Shown here: in pieces, positions 1 to 9,244 of the stretch
Layout: every line of letters starts with the position of its first letter
How positions within the stretch are numbered: position 1 is the stretch's first letter
Source: a virus
Taxonomy: Duplodnaviria > Caudoviricetes
IMG/VR virus record: IMGVR_UViG_3300028588_000063
Coordinates: 1-33,713 of that record
Strand: one strand, 5' to 3'
DNA: 33,713 nucleotides
Translations under genes and position numbers: made by a program
The notes under the pieces: generated by a model
Told to the model about the DNA's origin: nothing
Seen by the model: only the letters and a program-made list of their open reading frames with translations
The model's database searches: none

Positions 1-3000
1 GAGCGCCAGGCGTTGACGATCGAGAAGCTGGGTCGACGACATGGTGAGCTGGTCGTACTGCTCCTGCAGGCCCTTCCGTTCGTCGCTGATGGCCGAGGCC
101 TTTTTGACTGCTTCGATTTGATCGAACAGCGCTCGGTTGCTTGCATCAAGCGCCTCGCGTTGACGATCGAGCAGCTGGGTCGATGACAAGGTGAGCTCGT
201 CGTACCGCTCCTGCAGACCCTTCCGTTCGTCACTGATGGCCGCGGCCTTCTTGGCCGCCTCGACTTGGTCGAACAGCGCACGGTTGCTCTGATCCAGCGC
301 ATCCCGCTGCTTGGTCAGCAGCTGCGCCGACGTCATCGTCAGCTGGTCGAGCTGATCCTGCAGATCCTTCCGCTCGTCGTAGATGTATTGCTCCGCGTCG
401 GCGATCTGCTTAATCGACGGTGCGAGTTGGCTCAGGACAGCGAAGGCCTTGGCGCCAGCCTCGGTGGCCGGATCCAGCGCTACCAGGTAATCGCGGAATT
501 TCTTGGTCGCGTCCTCGCCCGACGCCTTCAGTCCGTACTGGTCGAGGATGGGTTGCACACGTCCTTTCAATGCGGTGGCCTGTTCCTGCTCGGTGTAAAA
601 GTCCCGCAGGAACTGCTCGCTGTTCTGCACGAACTTCTGCAAGCCACCGGACAGGTCGATCAGCCGCTGCCGGGCGGCGATCGAGTCGGAGCCCATCGCA
701 CCGAAGGTCATGCCCATCGATTTCATGACGACGTCGACGGACTGGTAGCCCTGCGCGATACGCACCAGGGTCTCCAGGTAGCCTTCGCCGACATCCTGGA
801 ACTGCTCCAGACCGCCCACCGCGAACTGCGCCATGTCGTCGCCGAGCTTCGAGAACACCGCCTGCAGGGTCTTCTCGATCTCGTCGGCCTTCATGTCCTT
901 GAAACTGATCTTGCCGATGTCGACAACGAATGCATCCAGCTTCTGCGAGAACGCATCCGTCGGAAGCCCCAAGGCGATTCCTGCCTCACGCACGCTGTCG
1001 GAAAGCGACAGCAGCACCTTCGTGATTTGACGGTTTGCGTCCGCACCCAGTCGTTCCGTCTGCGGAATGATCTTGTCGCTACTGAACCAGCCGCCGCTTT
1101 TCTTGATGTCAGCGTAGCTCATGGCGTTCAGGCTGCCACTGCCGATGGCACCGAGCGTGGTCTTGTCGACGGTGAAGCCAGAATCCTCCAGTGACTTCTT
1201 CCCGCCAAAGATCGAGTTCCCGATGCGAGAAAAGAAGCCAGAGGACTTGCCGTCCATCCCAGCAAACATCTCCGAACTGCCCCGGATATCACCGTTGCGC
1301 ACCACCAGTGCTGAAAACGACCCGATATTGCTTTTGATGTCATTGAGCGCGTTCAGCATCCCCATGCTGATGGCGAGGCCCTGGTAAGTGTTGTCTTCGA
1401 CACGTTCCAACGCGCGCGCGATCGAATCCGATTTCGCGCCGGAGTCGCCGAAGACACTGCCGGTCCCTTGCGACTCCTGCCGTTGCTGCGACAGGCTGAC
1501 GTTGGAGCCGCTGACGCCGCCCATCATCTTGGCGCCGATCGCCACGACGGCGGCCATGGTGGCCGCGCCGGCCGCGAGGTTCAGAGGGAATGGCAGCGAC
1601 GCGATCGCCTTGACGACGGCGGTGACGCCCCAGGCGCTCGCCTCGGAGGCCGCCAGGGTGGTCGAGGCAGCGGACGTTGTCGCCTCGCCGGCCAGCTTGG
1701 TAGCGTTCAGGGTGGTGTTAGCGGCGACTTCGGTTTCTTTGAAGAACAGCTTCTTCACCAGAGTCTCAGCGGCCATGGCCAGCTCGTAGGCACGGAATGC
1801 TTTTTCGGCGGTCTCCAAGGTCCGATAGCCTTTGCTGCCTTCGGAGAAGAAGCCCTTGGCGGCGGTGGTCATGTCACCGTACGCCGTGACGCGACTACGC
1901 CGTTCGTCGCGCGCGATCGCGATCGACGCTGCGGCGAAACCCTTGGAATCGGTTGCATACCTTAGCGCCGCGTTCTTGCGGGCTTTGTCGACTTCCGCCT
2001 GGCGAATGCCGTACGCGTCGAGATTGCTGATGAGCTGGGTCAGCGAATCGCCAGCCGTACCGAATGCGCCCTTGAGGGCCTCGCCAAACGTCTGGGCTTT
2101 GGTCGGGTCCAGGAACTTGTCTAGGTCCTCGCCGGCCTTCTTCGCTGCTTCCCCGGCATCGACCTTGGCCAGCGCAGCCGCACTGCGCTCTTTCGCCGCA
2201 ATCAGCTGCTCCAGCTGAACGACTGCCTCCATCTCCTCGATCGTCATTTCGTGCATCAGGTCGATCGAAGTCCGCTGGGCCAGCTGATCCTTAAGGCGCG
2301 CAAGCTCCAGTTTCTCGATCGCGGACTTCGTCATCCCGAAGGTCCGTGCCAATGCTTCGTTTCGGGCAGCTTCATCGTCTGCGTCGGAAAGTGCCTTGGC
2401 CGTCGAATCGGAAAATTCCTTGCGAATTTTGTCCCACTCCGCCTGCCCCTTAACCGCAAGCTTCTTCGCTTCCGTCACTGCATTGGTAGCTTCGAACTCC
2501 TGCAGCAATCCTTCGATGAAGGCCTGCTGTTTCGGGCTCGGATTCAGCTTGGACAACTCTTCTTCTACACGCAGCTTTTCCAGCTGCGCGGCTGTTGCTG
2601 CCTTGCCGGTTTTAGCCTCGATCTGTGACTGGGCAATCTTGGCTTTGATTGAATCGACCAAGGCCTGGTAAGCTTTAGCGGCCTTCTCAGCAGCTTCCGC
2701 GTCGCTGTTCTTCCCGGATGAATAGTTGGCAACCTTTCTGTCCGGGTCCGAAGAGGTCGGAGCCGCCGCGGCCCCTTTCCGGTCGGACAATCTCTTGAGC
2801 ACTGCCTGCTCAACTAAGTTTGCGGGCTTGTTCCAAAGCTCGTCATATTTGGCATTCGCCTCATCAAGCGCTTTGTTGCGCTCAGCGAGAGCCTTCTTGA
2901 TGCTGATAAGTGGATCCTCGCCCTTGGCATACTTCAGGGCCACATTAGCGGGATTACGGAGATTTGCCAGCTCGGTCGCGGTAGTCGCAAGGTACTCGAT

Positions 3001-3930
3001 ATCAGCCCCAACAACTTTGAAGCTGCTGCTGACCGCAGAAACGATACGCGGGATCAGTACAAGCACATCGATAACACGAGCAGCCCCCACTGCCATCGTC
3101 TCGGCCCAGTCAGACGAATCGCTGCCGGCCAGCTTGTCCTGAGCTTTCATGACATCTTGGATGCCGTCAGTCAGGTCGGTCATCGCCGGAAGTCCAGCAA
3201 CAATGACGTCCGTGAACAGCTCATTCGAGCGCTCGCGCAGCATGCCCATCTTGTCCTGCAGGCCAGTGGCTTGCGCGATAGCGTCTTTCGACACGCCCGA
3301 GAAATCGTCGATCGATTCCGACACGTCACCCATGAACGGCAGGAGTTCCCTCCCAGACTTTCCAAACAGATCGTTGGCAAGCGCGGCTTTGCCCGCTCCG
3401 TCCTTGTAGGTCTGAAGCCGCTTGGCGATTTCGATCATCAGGTCGCCAGGCTCACGTAGCTTGCCGGCGCTGTCGCGCGCTGAGACACCCAGGAAGGACA
3501 GCGCCTTCCGGGTTTTGCTGGACTCGTCATCCGTGCCGGACAAGCCCTTGTTCAGGTTTGCCAGGGCGGTGCCGACAGTATTGAAGTCGGCGCCGAAGAC
3601 GGCGGCGACTTTCTGTAACTTCGACAGGTTCTCGATGCTCGCGCCGGTACGCTGCGCCATGTCGTCGAGGTCGCCAAACTTGTCGAGCGTGCCGCCGATC
3701 TTGTCGGTGAGCATACCGAGTGAGACCCCGGCAATAGCGAAGGACGCAATGTTGCCGATGCGGGCATGCATTCCGTTGATGCGATCAGTCAGCGCGCCAA
3801 CCTGCCCAGTCACACGGTTAAGCGATTCTGCGTTCATGCGCCGCAGCGCGTCGGCGACGCTGTCGATATTGCGCCGGCTACCCGCCGCGCCATCGACATC
3901 CATGGTTATGGTTGCACGTGTACCAGTCAT
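1..3930 (-). CDS. Phage tail tape measure protein (3' end runs off the window; >1310 aa)
   Basis: Hand-translated from ATG 3930: MTGTRATITMDVDGAAGSRRNIDSVADAL...DDMAQRTGASIENLSKLQKVA...AGKAALANDLFGKSGRELLPFM. Ala-rich helical sequence directly after the tail chaperones. The frame was spot-checked, not checked codon by codon; it is missing from the ORF track because there is no stop in the window. Confidence 0.9.
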   Translation of the reverse strand, partial: MTGTRATITMDVDGAAGSRRNIDSVADALRRMNAESLNRVTGQVGALTDRINGMHARIGNIASFAIAGVSLGMLTDKIGGTLDKFGDLDDMAQRTGASIENLSKLQKVAAVFGADFNTVGTALANLNKGLSGTDDESSKTRKALSFLGVSARDSAGKLREPGDLMIEIAKRLQTYKDGAGKAALANDLFGKSGRELLPFMGDVSESIDDFSGVSKDAIAQATGLQDKMGMLRERSNELFTDVIVAGLPAMTDLTDGIQDVMKAQDKLAGSDSSDWAETMAVGAARVIDVLVLIPRIVSAVSSSFKVVGADIEYLATTATELANLRNPANVALKYAKGEDPLISIKKALAERNKALDEANAKYDELWNKPANLVEQAVLKRLSDRKGAAAAPTSSDPDRKVANYSSGKNSDAEAAEKAAKAYQALVDSIKAKIAQSQIEAKTGKAATAAQLEKLRVEEELSKLNPSPKQQAFIEGLLQEFEATNAVTEAKKLAVKGQAEWDKIRKEFSDSTAKALSDADDEAARNEALARTFGMTKSAIEKLELARLKDQLAQRTSIDLMHEMTIEEMEAVVQLEQLIAAKERSAAALAKVDAGEAAKKAGEDLDKFLDPTKAQTFGEALKGAFGTAGDSLTQLISNLDAYGIRQAEVDKARKNAALRYATDSKGFAAASIAIARDERRSRVTAYGDMTTAAKGFFSEGSKGYRTLETAEKAFRAYELAMAAETLVKKLFFKETEVAANTTLNATKLAGEATTSAASTTLAASEASAWGVTAVVKAIASLPFPLNLAAGAATMAAVVAIGAKMMGGVSGSNVSLSQQRQESQGTGSVFGDSGAKSDSIARALERVEDNTYQGLAISMGMLNALNDIKSNIGSFSALVVRNGDIRGSSEMFAGMDGKSSGFFSRIGNSIFGGKKSLEDSGFTVDKTTLGAIGSGSLNAMSYADIKKSGGWFSSDKIIPQTERLGADANRQITKVLLSLSDSVREAGIALGLPTDAFSQKLDAFVVDIGKISFKDMKADEIEKTLQAVFSKLGDDMAQFAVGGLEQFQDVGEGYLETLVRIAQGYQSVDVVMKSMGMTFGAMGSDSIAARQRLIDLSGGLQKFVQNSEQFLRDFYTEQEQATALKGRVQPILDQYGLKASGEDATKKFRDYLVALDPATEAGAKAFAVLSQLAPSIKQIADAEQYIYDERKDLQDQLDQLTMTSAQLLTKQRDALDQSNRALFDQVEAAKKAAAISDERKGLQERYDELTLSSTQLLDRQREALDASNRALFDQIEAVKKASAISDERKGLQEQYDQLTMSSTQLLDRQRLAL
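11..378 (-). repeat. 147-bp (49-aa) tandem repeat in the tape measure gene, at least 2.5 copies visible
   Basis: cgttgacgatcgag occurs at 11 and 158, with a diverged unit in register at 305. Peptide unit is approximately DERKGLQEQYDQLTMSSTQLLDRQREALDASNRALFDQIEAVKKASAIS. Confidence 0.9.
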
Positions 3931-3939
3931 CGCTTCGCC

Positions 3940-4311
3940 TTAGTTCCTTCGCTTTTCCGCCCACTCTTCGAGGCAGGCCTGTTCCATCAGCTGCACCATG
4001 GCGAACAGCCGGTTCCGCTTCTTCTTTCGAATGTCACGCATGCGCATGCATGCTTCGACGCCGGTGTAATCCAGGCCGAAGGCGCCCGCCATCCCGACAT
4101 TCCACTGGGTCTGCAACCCGAGCCACAGCTCGAACGCCTCTTCGTTCTCAGGCCATAGCCAGTACTCGTCCTGCTCCAGCACCTGGTCGTTGACTGCATA
4201 CAGGCCAAAGGCAGCCAGCGCATCGTTGACGTGCTGCTCCGCCTTGATCGCTTCACCGCCAAGACGGAGGTCGCCGCGCGCCATCAGGCGCACGGCCTTG
4301 GTCAGTTTTTT
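3940..4311 (-). CDS. Tail assembly chaperone T segment (DUF1799-like), reached by -1 frameshift
   Basis: LWPENEEAFELWLGLQTQWNVGMAGAFGLDY motif; lies in the -1 frame of the upstream chaperone, between that gene and the tape measure gene. Confidence 0.75.
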   Translation of the reverse strand, partial: KKLTKAVRLMARGDLRLGGEAIKAEQHVNDALAAFGLYAVNDQVLEQDEYWLWPENEEAFELWLGLQTQWNVGMAGAFGLDYTGVEACMRMRDIRKKKRNRLFAMVQLMEQACLEEWAEKRRN

Positions 4312-4631
4312 GCCGTGGCCGCGATCTGCTTCATGTAGGTCGTGAAGCACAGCAGGGGCAGGCCGGCGTTGCTCAGCATCTGATTCAGGCCGTCCAGACT
4401 GAAGTTCACGGCCGCGCCGCTCTCATCCTTCACGGCTTCCCAGCCTTCCGCTACATCGCGCAGGAATTCCCGGATGGAGCCTTCGGTCGCGTTTGCGGCC
4501 TCGACCTCTTCCTGCGTGAGACGCTTGCAATGCAGGGTGAAGTCGAAGTCGACCGGCTTGCCGTCTTCGCCCGGGAGGGTGCCCTTGACGCGGACCGGAA
4601 GCTTGTTCAGTTTTTTCAGTACAAATGCCAT
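4302..4631 (-). CDS. Tail assembly chaperone (lambda gpG-like)
   Basis: 109 aa between tail tube and tape measure genes; ends ...ATAKN* across a slippery heptamer; AAGGA upstream of the ATG. Confidence 0.8.
   Translation of the reverse strand: MAFVLKKLNKLPVRVKGTLPGEDGKPVDFDFTLHCKRLTQEEVEAANATEGSIREFLRDVAEGWEAVKDESGAAVNFSLDGLNQMLSNAGLPLLCFTTYMKQIAATAKN
4305..4311 (-). other. -1 programmed frameshift slippery site A AAA AAC
   Basis: Minus strand reads GCA AAA AAC TGA; the -1 frame continues KKLTKAVRLMARGD into the 3940 ORF. Confidence 0.8.
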
Positions 4632-4665
4632 GTGGCGTTTCCTTGCAAATTTAGTGGTGGGTGGA

Positions 4666-5628
4666 TTACAGGACGACGATGCGCCACTCGTCGTTGCCGT
4701 TGACCGGGACCAGGCGCACGTCGTAGCCGATCAGGCGCTTGCCGTTCAGCTCGGACTTGCGCGGGTTGGTCAGCTGGGCGGCCGGCGCGAAGATGATGAT
4801 CTTGTTGCCGGTGGTGGTGCCGATCGTCAGGGCCAGGCTCTTGGTGAGGTTCGCCTTGACGTCCGCCATGAACGCGACTTCCTGCGCGGCGTCCAGCTCG
4901 AGCTCGAGCGTGGCCGTCGACTCGCGGTCGGTGATGTCCACGGTCTCCGTGCCCAGCATCGGGGTGAAGTTGACGGTGTTGCCGAAGTTGAGCTCCAGGC
5001 CGGTGCTGTTGTAGGTCGTGCCGCCGGTCAGGGCGCCAGTGGCATAGGCCGCGCCGAACGTGATATCGACCACGTTCGCCTTGGTCATCGCGACCGGCTT
5101 CTTCCATGGCGTGAAGGTCGGGGCGACATTCGGCACCGCGGCGATGCCGCCGTCCAGGCCGGTCCATTCGAAGCGCAGGACTGGGCGGTCGCCGACCTTG
5201 GCCGACAGCGTGCAGTTGCCCATGGAGGCCAGCACCTTGTGCAGTACGCCATCGTCGTAGTAGTACTGGGTCAACGACTTCAGAGCGGTCGACACCGGCT
5301 GGTATTCCACGCGCGCTGGGGTCGTCAGCAGACCCTCTGCCGCCGCGCAGCCCTGCAGCAGCTGACCCCAGGCCGGAGCCGTGCCAGCGGTGCCAGAGCC
5401 GGCCAGTTCGACGGTGTACGAAATCTTGACGTTGGCCGGGCCGACCAGCTGCTCGCTGCCGCCGAAGTAACCGCGCACCAGGTTGCGGCCGATGGCCGCT
5501 GCTTCCAGCGGGGTGATGCTCACGTCCGAGACGAGCACTGCGTTTGCCGCACCGGTCGGCGCGGCGTCCACGCCAACGGTCGTTTCGATCTTGGCAGTGA
5601 CGATGGTGTTCTTGATGCTACGTCCCAT
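4666..5628 (-). CDS. Tail tube (major tail) protein
   Basis: 320 aa, Thr/Gly/Ala-rich beta-type sequence (AKIETTVGVDAAPTGAANAVLV...); position directly before the chaperone genes. Confidence 0.8.
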   Translation of the reverse strand: MGRSIKNTIVTAKIETTVGVDAAPTGAANAVLVSDVSITPLEAAAIGRNLVRGYFGGSEQLVGPANVKISYTVELAGSGTAGTAPAWGQLLQGCAAAEGLLTTPARVEYQPVSTALKSLTQYYYDDGVLHKVLASMGNCTLSAKVGDRPVLRFEWTGLDGGIAAVPNVAPTFTPWKKPVAMTKANVVDITFGAAYATGALTGGTTYNSTGLELNFGNTVNFTPMLGTETVDITDRESTATLELELDAAQEVAFMADVKANLTKSLALTIGTTTGNKIIIFAPAAQLTNPRKSELNGKRLIGYDVRLVPVNGNDEWRIVVL

Positions 5629-5631
5629 GAG

Positions 5632-5820
5632 TTACTCCTGGTGGGCAGCCGGAGCGGCGGCCAGTTCGTTGACTGCGTCTGCCTGGGCGGCATCGACAGT
5701 GGCTTCGGTAGGGGCTGGATCGTTCGAGACCCAGGCCCACTGGTGTTCGTCGAAAGCCCACGAACCACCGCCGGGCATCGGAGGAATGTCGCGTTCGTTC
5801 GGTTTTTGCAAGTCGGTCAT
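5632..5820 (-). CDS. Small hypothetical phage protein
   Basis: 62 aa with a GGGSWAFD motif; fills the gap between flanking tail genes with 1-3 bp spacers. Confidence 0.65.
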   Translation of the reverse strand: MTDLQKPNERDIPPMPGGGSWAFDEHQWAWVSNDPAPTEATVDAAQADAVNELAAAPAAHQE

Positions 5821-5821
5821 G

Positions 5822-6253
5822 TCAGCTCAAAAGTTGGTTGTCGGTACGGTGCTCGGCGAGGTAGGTGAGGCGAACCCATCCGGTCTTTTTTCCTCCCTCG
5901 GTGTTCTCCGCTTCGATGCCCGCGATGACCAGGTCATCGACCATGCCACCCAGGGTTGGATTCGCCGCCAGGCGCTCGTAGACTTTCTGGAGCAGCGGGT
6001 CGACTGCCACATCGCCGCTCTCGACCGAACTGCGCGCATAGCAATCAACGGTGATGCGGGTTTGCCAGTCGATCGGAGCACCGGCGATCGTGCCGGGACG
6101 GGGCAGGCCCTGCTCCCACTGCACGCAGATCGCCTCATCATCCTTGTCCGGGATGACCCCGGCTCGAGCGCGGTAGACGGCGCGGCACACTGCAGGGCTC
6201 GCCGTCAATATCGCCATCACGGCGCTGGTCACCTTCGAGAATGCCGAGCTCAT
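5822..6253 (-). CDS. Probable tail terminator (lambda gpU-like)
   Basis: 143 aa; LAANPTLGGMVDDL motif; position between the head-tail joining and tail tube genes. Confidence 0.6.
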   Translation of the reverse strand: MSSAFSKVTSAVMAILTASPAVCRAVYRARAGVIPDKDDEAICVQWEQGLPRPGTIAGAPIDWQTRITVDCYARSSVESGDVAVDPLLQKVYERLAANPTLGGMVDDLVIAGIEAENTEGGKKTGWVRLTYLAEHRTDNQLLS

Positions 6254-6546
6254 TACGCGATGCCCACGGTCAAGGTAGTCAGGCCAGTGCCATCCGGGGC
6301 GCTGTTGTGGATCATGTAGGCCACTCCGGCAATCTGGATGATCTGTTCTTCGGGTTCGTCCATCACCGCGCCTGAGGCGACGACGACGGACGGGCTGGTA
6401 TCGGCTGCGCCAGTCCCGAGCTGCGCGACGCTTGCAGGGTTCCGGAAGATCCCGGGCACCACCGCACCGTTGATCGATACCTGTACATTCGCCAGGTGGT
6501 TCAGCACGGATGCGTTTGCGACAGCTTCGAGCTTGGCGAAGAGCAT
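6253..6546 (-). CDS. Head-tail joining protein (gpFII-like)
   Basis: 97 aa ending IAGVAYMIHNSAPDGTGLTTLTV, typical of this class; TAATG coupling to the next gene. Confidence 0.65.
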   Translation of the reverse strand: MLFAKLEAVANASVLNHLANVQVSINGAVVPGIFRNPASVAQLGTGAADTSPSVVVASGAVMDEPEEQIIQIAGVAYMIHNSAPDGTGLTTLTVGIA

Positions 6547-6553
6547 CGCGCGC

Positions 6554-6886
6554 TTAGCGGATGACGCCGTCGAGCAGGACCCGGGCGGTGGTATCGCTCG
6601 AACCCTTGTCAGCGGCCAGGCAGCCGACCAGCGTATTGCCTGCCGACGAGGTGGTCATGCGTTTGTTGGTTGCGTCCCAGTACATCTTGGCGCCGATGGT
6701 GCCGGTATCGACGGTCACCGCAGTGATATCGAAGACACCCTTGCGCTTGATTTCGACCGGCGCACCGAGAACGGCGCTGCAGGCCGCGACACCGAACAGA
6801 CTCCCGACCAGGACGGCAGCGCCGCTGGCCAGGCCATAAGGTGCGATCACAGTGACGACCTCACCGGGTTGAACGAAATTCTTCAT
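6554..6886 (-). CDS. DUF2190-family capsid-associated protein
   Basis: MKNFVQPGEVVTVIAP...SGAAVLVGSLFGVA...GAKMYWD signature; immediately after the capsid gene. Confidence 0.8.
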   Translation of the reverse strand: MKNFVQPGEVVTVIAPYGLASGAAVLVGSLFGVAACSAVLGAPVEIKRKGVFDITAVTVDTGTIGAKMYWDATNKRMTTSSAGNTLVGCLAADKGSSDTTARVLLDGVIR

Positions 6887-6925
6887 GTTGGCTCCTGAAT
6901 TCTTGATGACGTTCCGGGCAGCGGC

Positions 6926-8986
6926 TTACTGGCCGGTGCTCTTGTACAGACCACGGTGGTCGACTGCGGTCACGCCGAAGTCGAGGCGGCAGCGGTAGCT
7001 GACGCCATCGACATCGAGCGTGGCTTCGCTGTCGAGCACGGGGCCTTCGGCACCGTCCAGGTAGCAGTACTCGACGGTATCGATCTGCGCGTTGTCGCTG
7101 GCGAGGTACCACTCGAGTTCGCTCACGTCGTCGAGCAGGGCTTCCACGATCGGGTCGACTGCGGTGCGGCCGCCGGAGCGGAATTCATTCACGTCTTCAG
7201 GCTTGGCCGGCACATAGTTCGCACTGGTGAGCTGGTAAGCCTTCTGCTCTAGGGCAGTTGGGACGATCAGGAAAGACGGCGCCAGGTTCAGCTTTTCTTT
7301 CTGCATGCCGACCTGCTTGCGCATCGCTTTGCGGCCGTCCTTCAGCGGATCAAGATCCAGCGCGCCGGCACCGAGGTTTCCATGGGTGGCGTGGAACAGG
7401 GTCTTGTTGTCACCCATCTGCGGGTTGCCGGTCAGCTGGCTGTAGACCAGGCGGTTTTCGAGGCGGCTTGCGCTGCCGCCGAAGGCAGTCGACAGGCGAT
7501 CGAATGCGCGCAGATCGTCATTGACGATGGCCTGGCGGGTCAGGGAGACCACGCGACCGTAGGTGACCACGGCATAGCTCATCCCTGCGTCGCTCATGGT
7601 GCCGTAGCTGAACTCGCCGTGCTCGTTGGTGCGCAGCAGCTCGGGTGCGGCGGACAGCTGGACGATGTTGATGTTCTTGAAATCAGGAGCGTTCGGAGCG
7701 CGGCGCGCCCAACGGGTATAGGTGCCGGCGGCTTGTTCGTACGAGCCACGCATCCGCTTGTTGGCGACGTTGGCGAACAGCGCGGCGAAGTCACTGGTGG
7801 AATGCATGCCGGAGCGATACTGCAGCATGGTCGTTGCCAGTTTCATCCGATCCATGCCACGCGTGTTCACGCCGCACGATTCCAGGAATTCGCGGCCCAG
7901 CTCGATCATGCTCAGGCCGCGGTACTGGCGACCGTTGTCGGTGAGCTGGGCGCGTGCGTTGACGCGGTGCATAACCGCTTCTTCGATACCGGCCATACGC
8001 GTTTCGTGCTCGTTGCCGACCAGCTGGATGCGCGTATTTTGATGACCGCCGCGGACGGCGTCGCCGCGGGCCAGCTCTTCCAGCACGGCGGCGCGTGCTT
8101 GGTCGACCGAGTTGCCGCTGCGGATCAGGCCGGCTGCCAGGTTAGTGACGCCATGGCGCACGCACAGTTCGGTGATGTCAGCGGAGCGCGTCGCGGCTTC
8201 GGTAGCTGCGCGGGTGGCAGCATCGTCAGCGGCCGGGGCAGCAGGCGTGGGAGCTGGCGCCGGCGCGGCCGGTGCAGCGCCGCGGTTCTCGACGACAGGC
8301 GCGGGATTCGGTGCGCCCGATTGGGTACCTTGAGCTTGAGGCATTGTGTTTTCCTGGGAAGTTGAAGGATGGGCGGGCGCCCGGGTGATGAACTCGCACG
8401 GCACACCATTGGCTGGCTTGCTGCGCGTGCTCGCGTCAGCATCAGCCGGAACGGTGACAAAACTGATTTCGAACGGTTGCCAACGGACTGCGCGGTAGAG
8501 GTCCACCGTGCCACCATCGGTGCGGTCGACCGCGCGGGTAATTTCGGTGGTCGTGGTGTTGTAGCCGAACGAGATGGAACGGATGATGCCGGCTTTGATG
8601 TCGGCGACGATGCCCGCCATCTCGGCACGGGTCGAGAGGCGCAGAGTTGCGCGGCCCTCTCCGTCAGCGATAGTGCCGTTGAGCGCGATACCAATAATCG
8701 ATTGCACGCCGCCATGAATGCGGTGGCCGTCAATCACCTGTACGGTACCCGCCTCGAAGCGCGTCATGTCGACAGCTTCCGGCGTTACCAATAGCTCTTC
8801 CTCGTACGGCCTGTCGGTCCACCAGTCGTAGCGGCGAACGCGCGCGCCTGTCGTCCAGACCACCTCGACGGTGTTGTCGGCTTCGTTATAGGTAGCGGGC
8901 ACCAGCTGCGCATCGCGCGAGAGCGATGGCATATTGCGCGGGTCGGTGGCCGTGCGAGTTTGCGAAGTAGCAGTAGGCGTCGTCAT
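6926..8986 (-). CDS. Prohead protease / major capsid protein fusion
   Basis: N-terminal HK97-type protease motifs (IDGH, SISFGY, WQPFEISFVTVPAD), an Ala/Pro linker, then a capsid domain (HSTSDFAALFANVANK...AIVNDDL...DHRGLYK). Start 8986 preferred over 8995 from promoter geometry. Confidence 0.88.
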   Translation of the reverse strand: MTTPTATSQTRTATDPRNMPSLSRDAQLVPATYNEADNTVEVVWTTGARVRRYDWWTDRPYEEELLVTPEAVDMTRFEAGTVQVIDGHRIHGGVQSIIGIALNGTIADGEGRATLRLSTRAEMAGIVADIKAGIIRSISFGYNTTTTEITRAVDRTDGGTVDLYRAVRWQPFEISFVTVPADADASTRSKPANGVPCEFITRAPAHPSTSQENTMPQAQGTQSGAPNPAPVVENRGAAPAAPAPAPTPAAPAADDAATRAATEAATRSADITELCVRHGVTNLAAGLIRSGNSVDQARAAVLEELARGDAVRGGHQNTRIQLVGNEHETRMAGIEEAVMHRVNARAQLTDNGRQYRGLSMIELGREFLESCGVNTRGMDRMKLATTMLQYRSGMHSTSDFAALFANVANKRMRGSYEQAAGTYTRWARRAPNAPDFKNINIVQLSAAPELLRTNEHGEFSYGTMSDAGMSYAVVTYGRVVSLTRQAIVNDDLRAFDRLSTAFGGSASRLENRLVYSQLTGNPQMGDNKTLFHATHGNLGAGALDLDPLKDGRKAMRKQVGMQKEKLNLAPSFLIVPTALEQKAYQLTSANYVPAKPEDVNEFRSGGRTAVDPIVEALLDDVSELEWYLASDNAQIDTVEYCYLDGAEGPVLDSEATLDVDGVSYRCRLDFGVTAVDHRGLYKSTGQ

Positions 8987-8993
8987 GAAGCCC

Positions 8994-9038
8994 ATTCTGC
9001 TTATTGCACTGTCTCAATTCTCGGAAAACTGAGACAGT
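8994..9038 (-). promoter_or_regulatory. Putative activator-dependent late promoter 2 (dyad plus -10 CAGAAT)
   Basis: ACTGTCTCA-N13-TGAGACAGT at 9008-9038; the 24-bp core 9011-9034 is identical to 14224-14247; -10-like CAGAAT at 8999-8994 lies 7 nt before ATG 8986. Confidence 0.7.
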
Positions 9039-9049
9039 TTTTCTGCGAG

Positions 9050-9244
9050 CTACTTTTTATTATCCGCCGCGTAGTAGCGACCGCTGTCCAAAATTAGATT
9101 TTTCGCCGGGTAGGCCGCTACCTTATTATCGTCCCGAAGCTTCGATATCGCCGGGTCATCCTGCTCCATGTTCGAGACCTGATCCACACCAGCCTGCACC
9201 TGCGCCCCCGCCTGGGCCTTGAGACGTTCAGCAATCTTTATCAT
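9050..9244 (-). CDS. Small hypothetical protein
   Basis: 64 aa; TGATG coupling to the upstream gene; ends just before the capsid promoter. Confidence 0.55.
   Translation of the reverse strand: MIKIAERLKAQAGAQVQAGVDQVSNMEQDDPAISKLRDDNKVAAYPAKNLILDSGRYYAADNKK

Noticed and set aside
265-3943. Many long plus-strand ORFs (265..1194, 1388..1789, 3422..3943 and others)
   Set aside because: They are antisense shadows of the GC-rich tape measure gene and show no recognisable motifs.
6554-6886. Possible recombinase label sometimes attached to this small protein family
   Set aside because: No ATPase motifs; 110-aa size and position after the capsid gene fit a virion protein.
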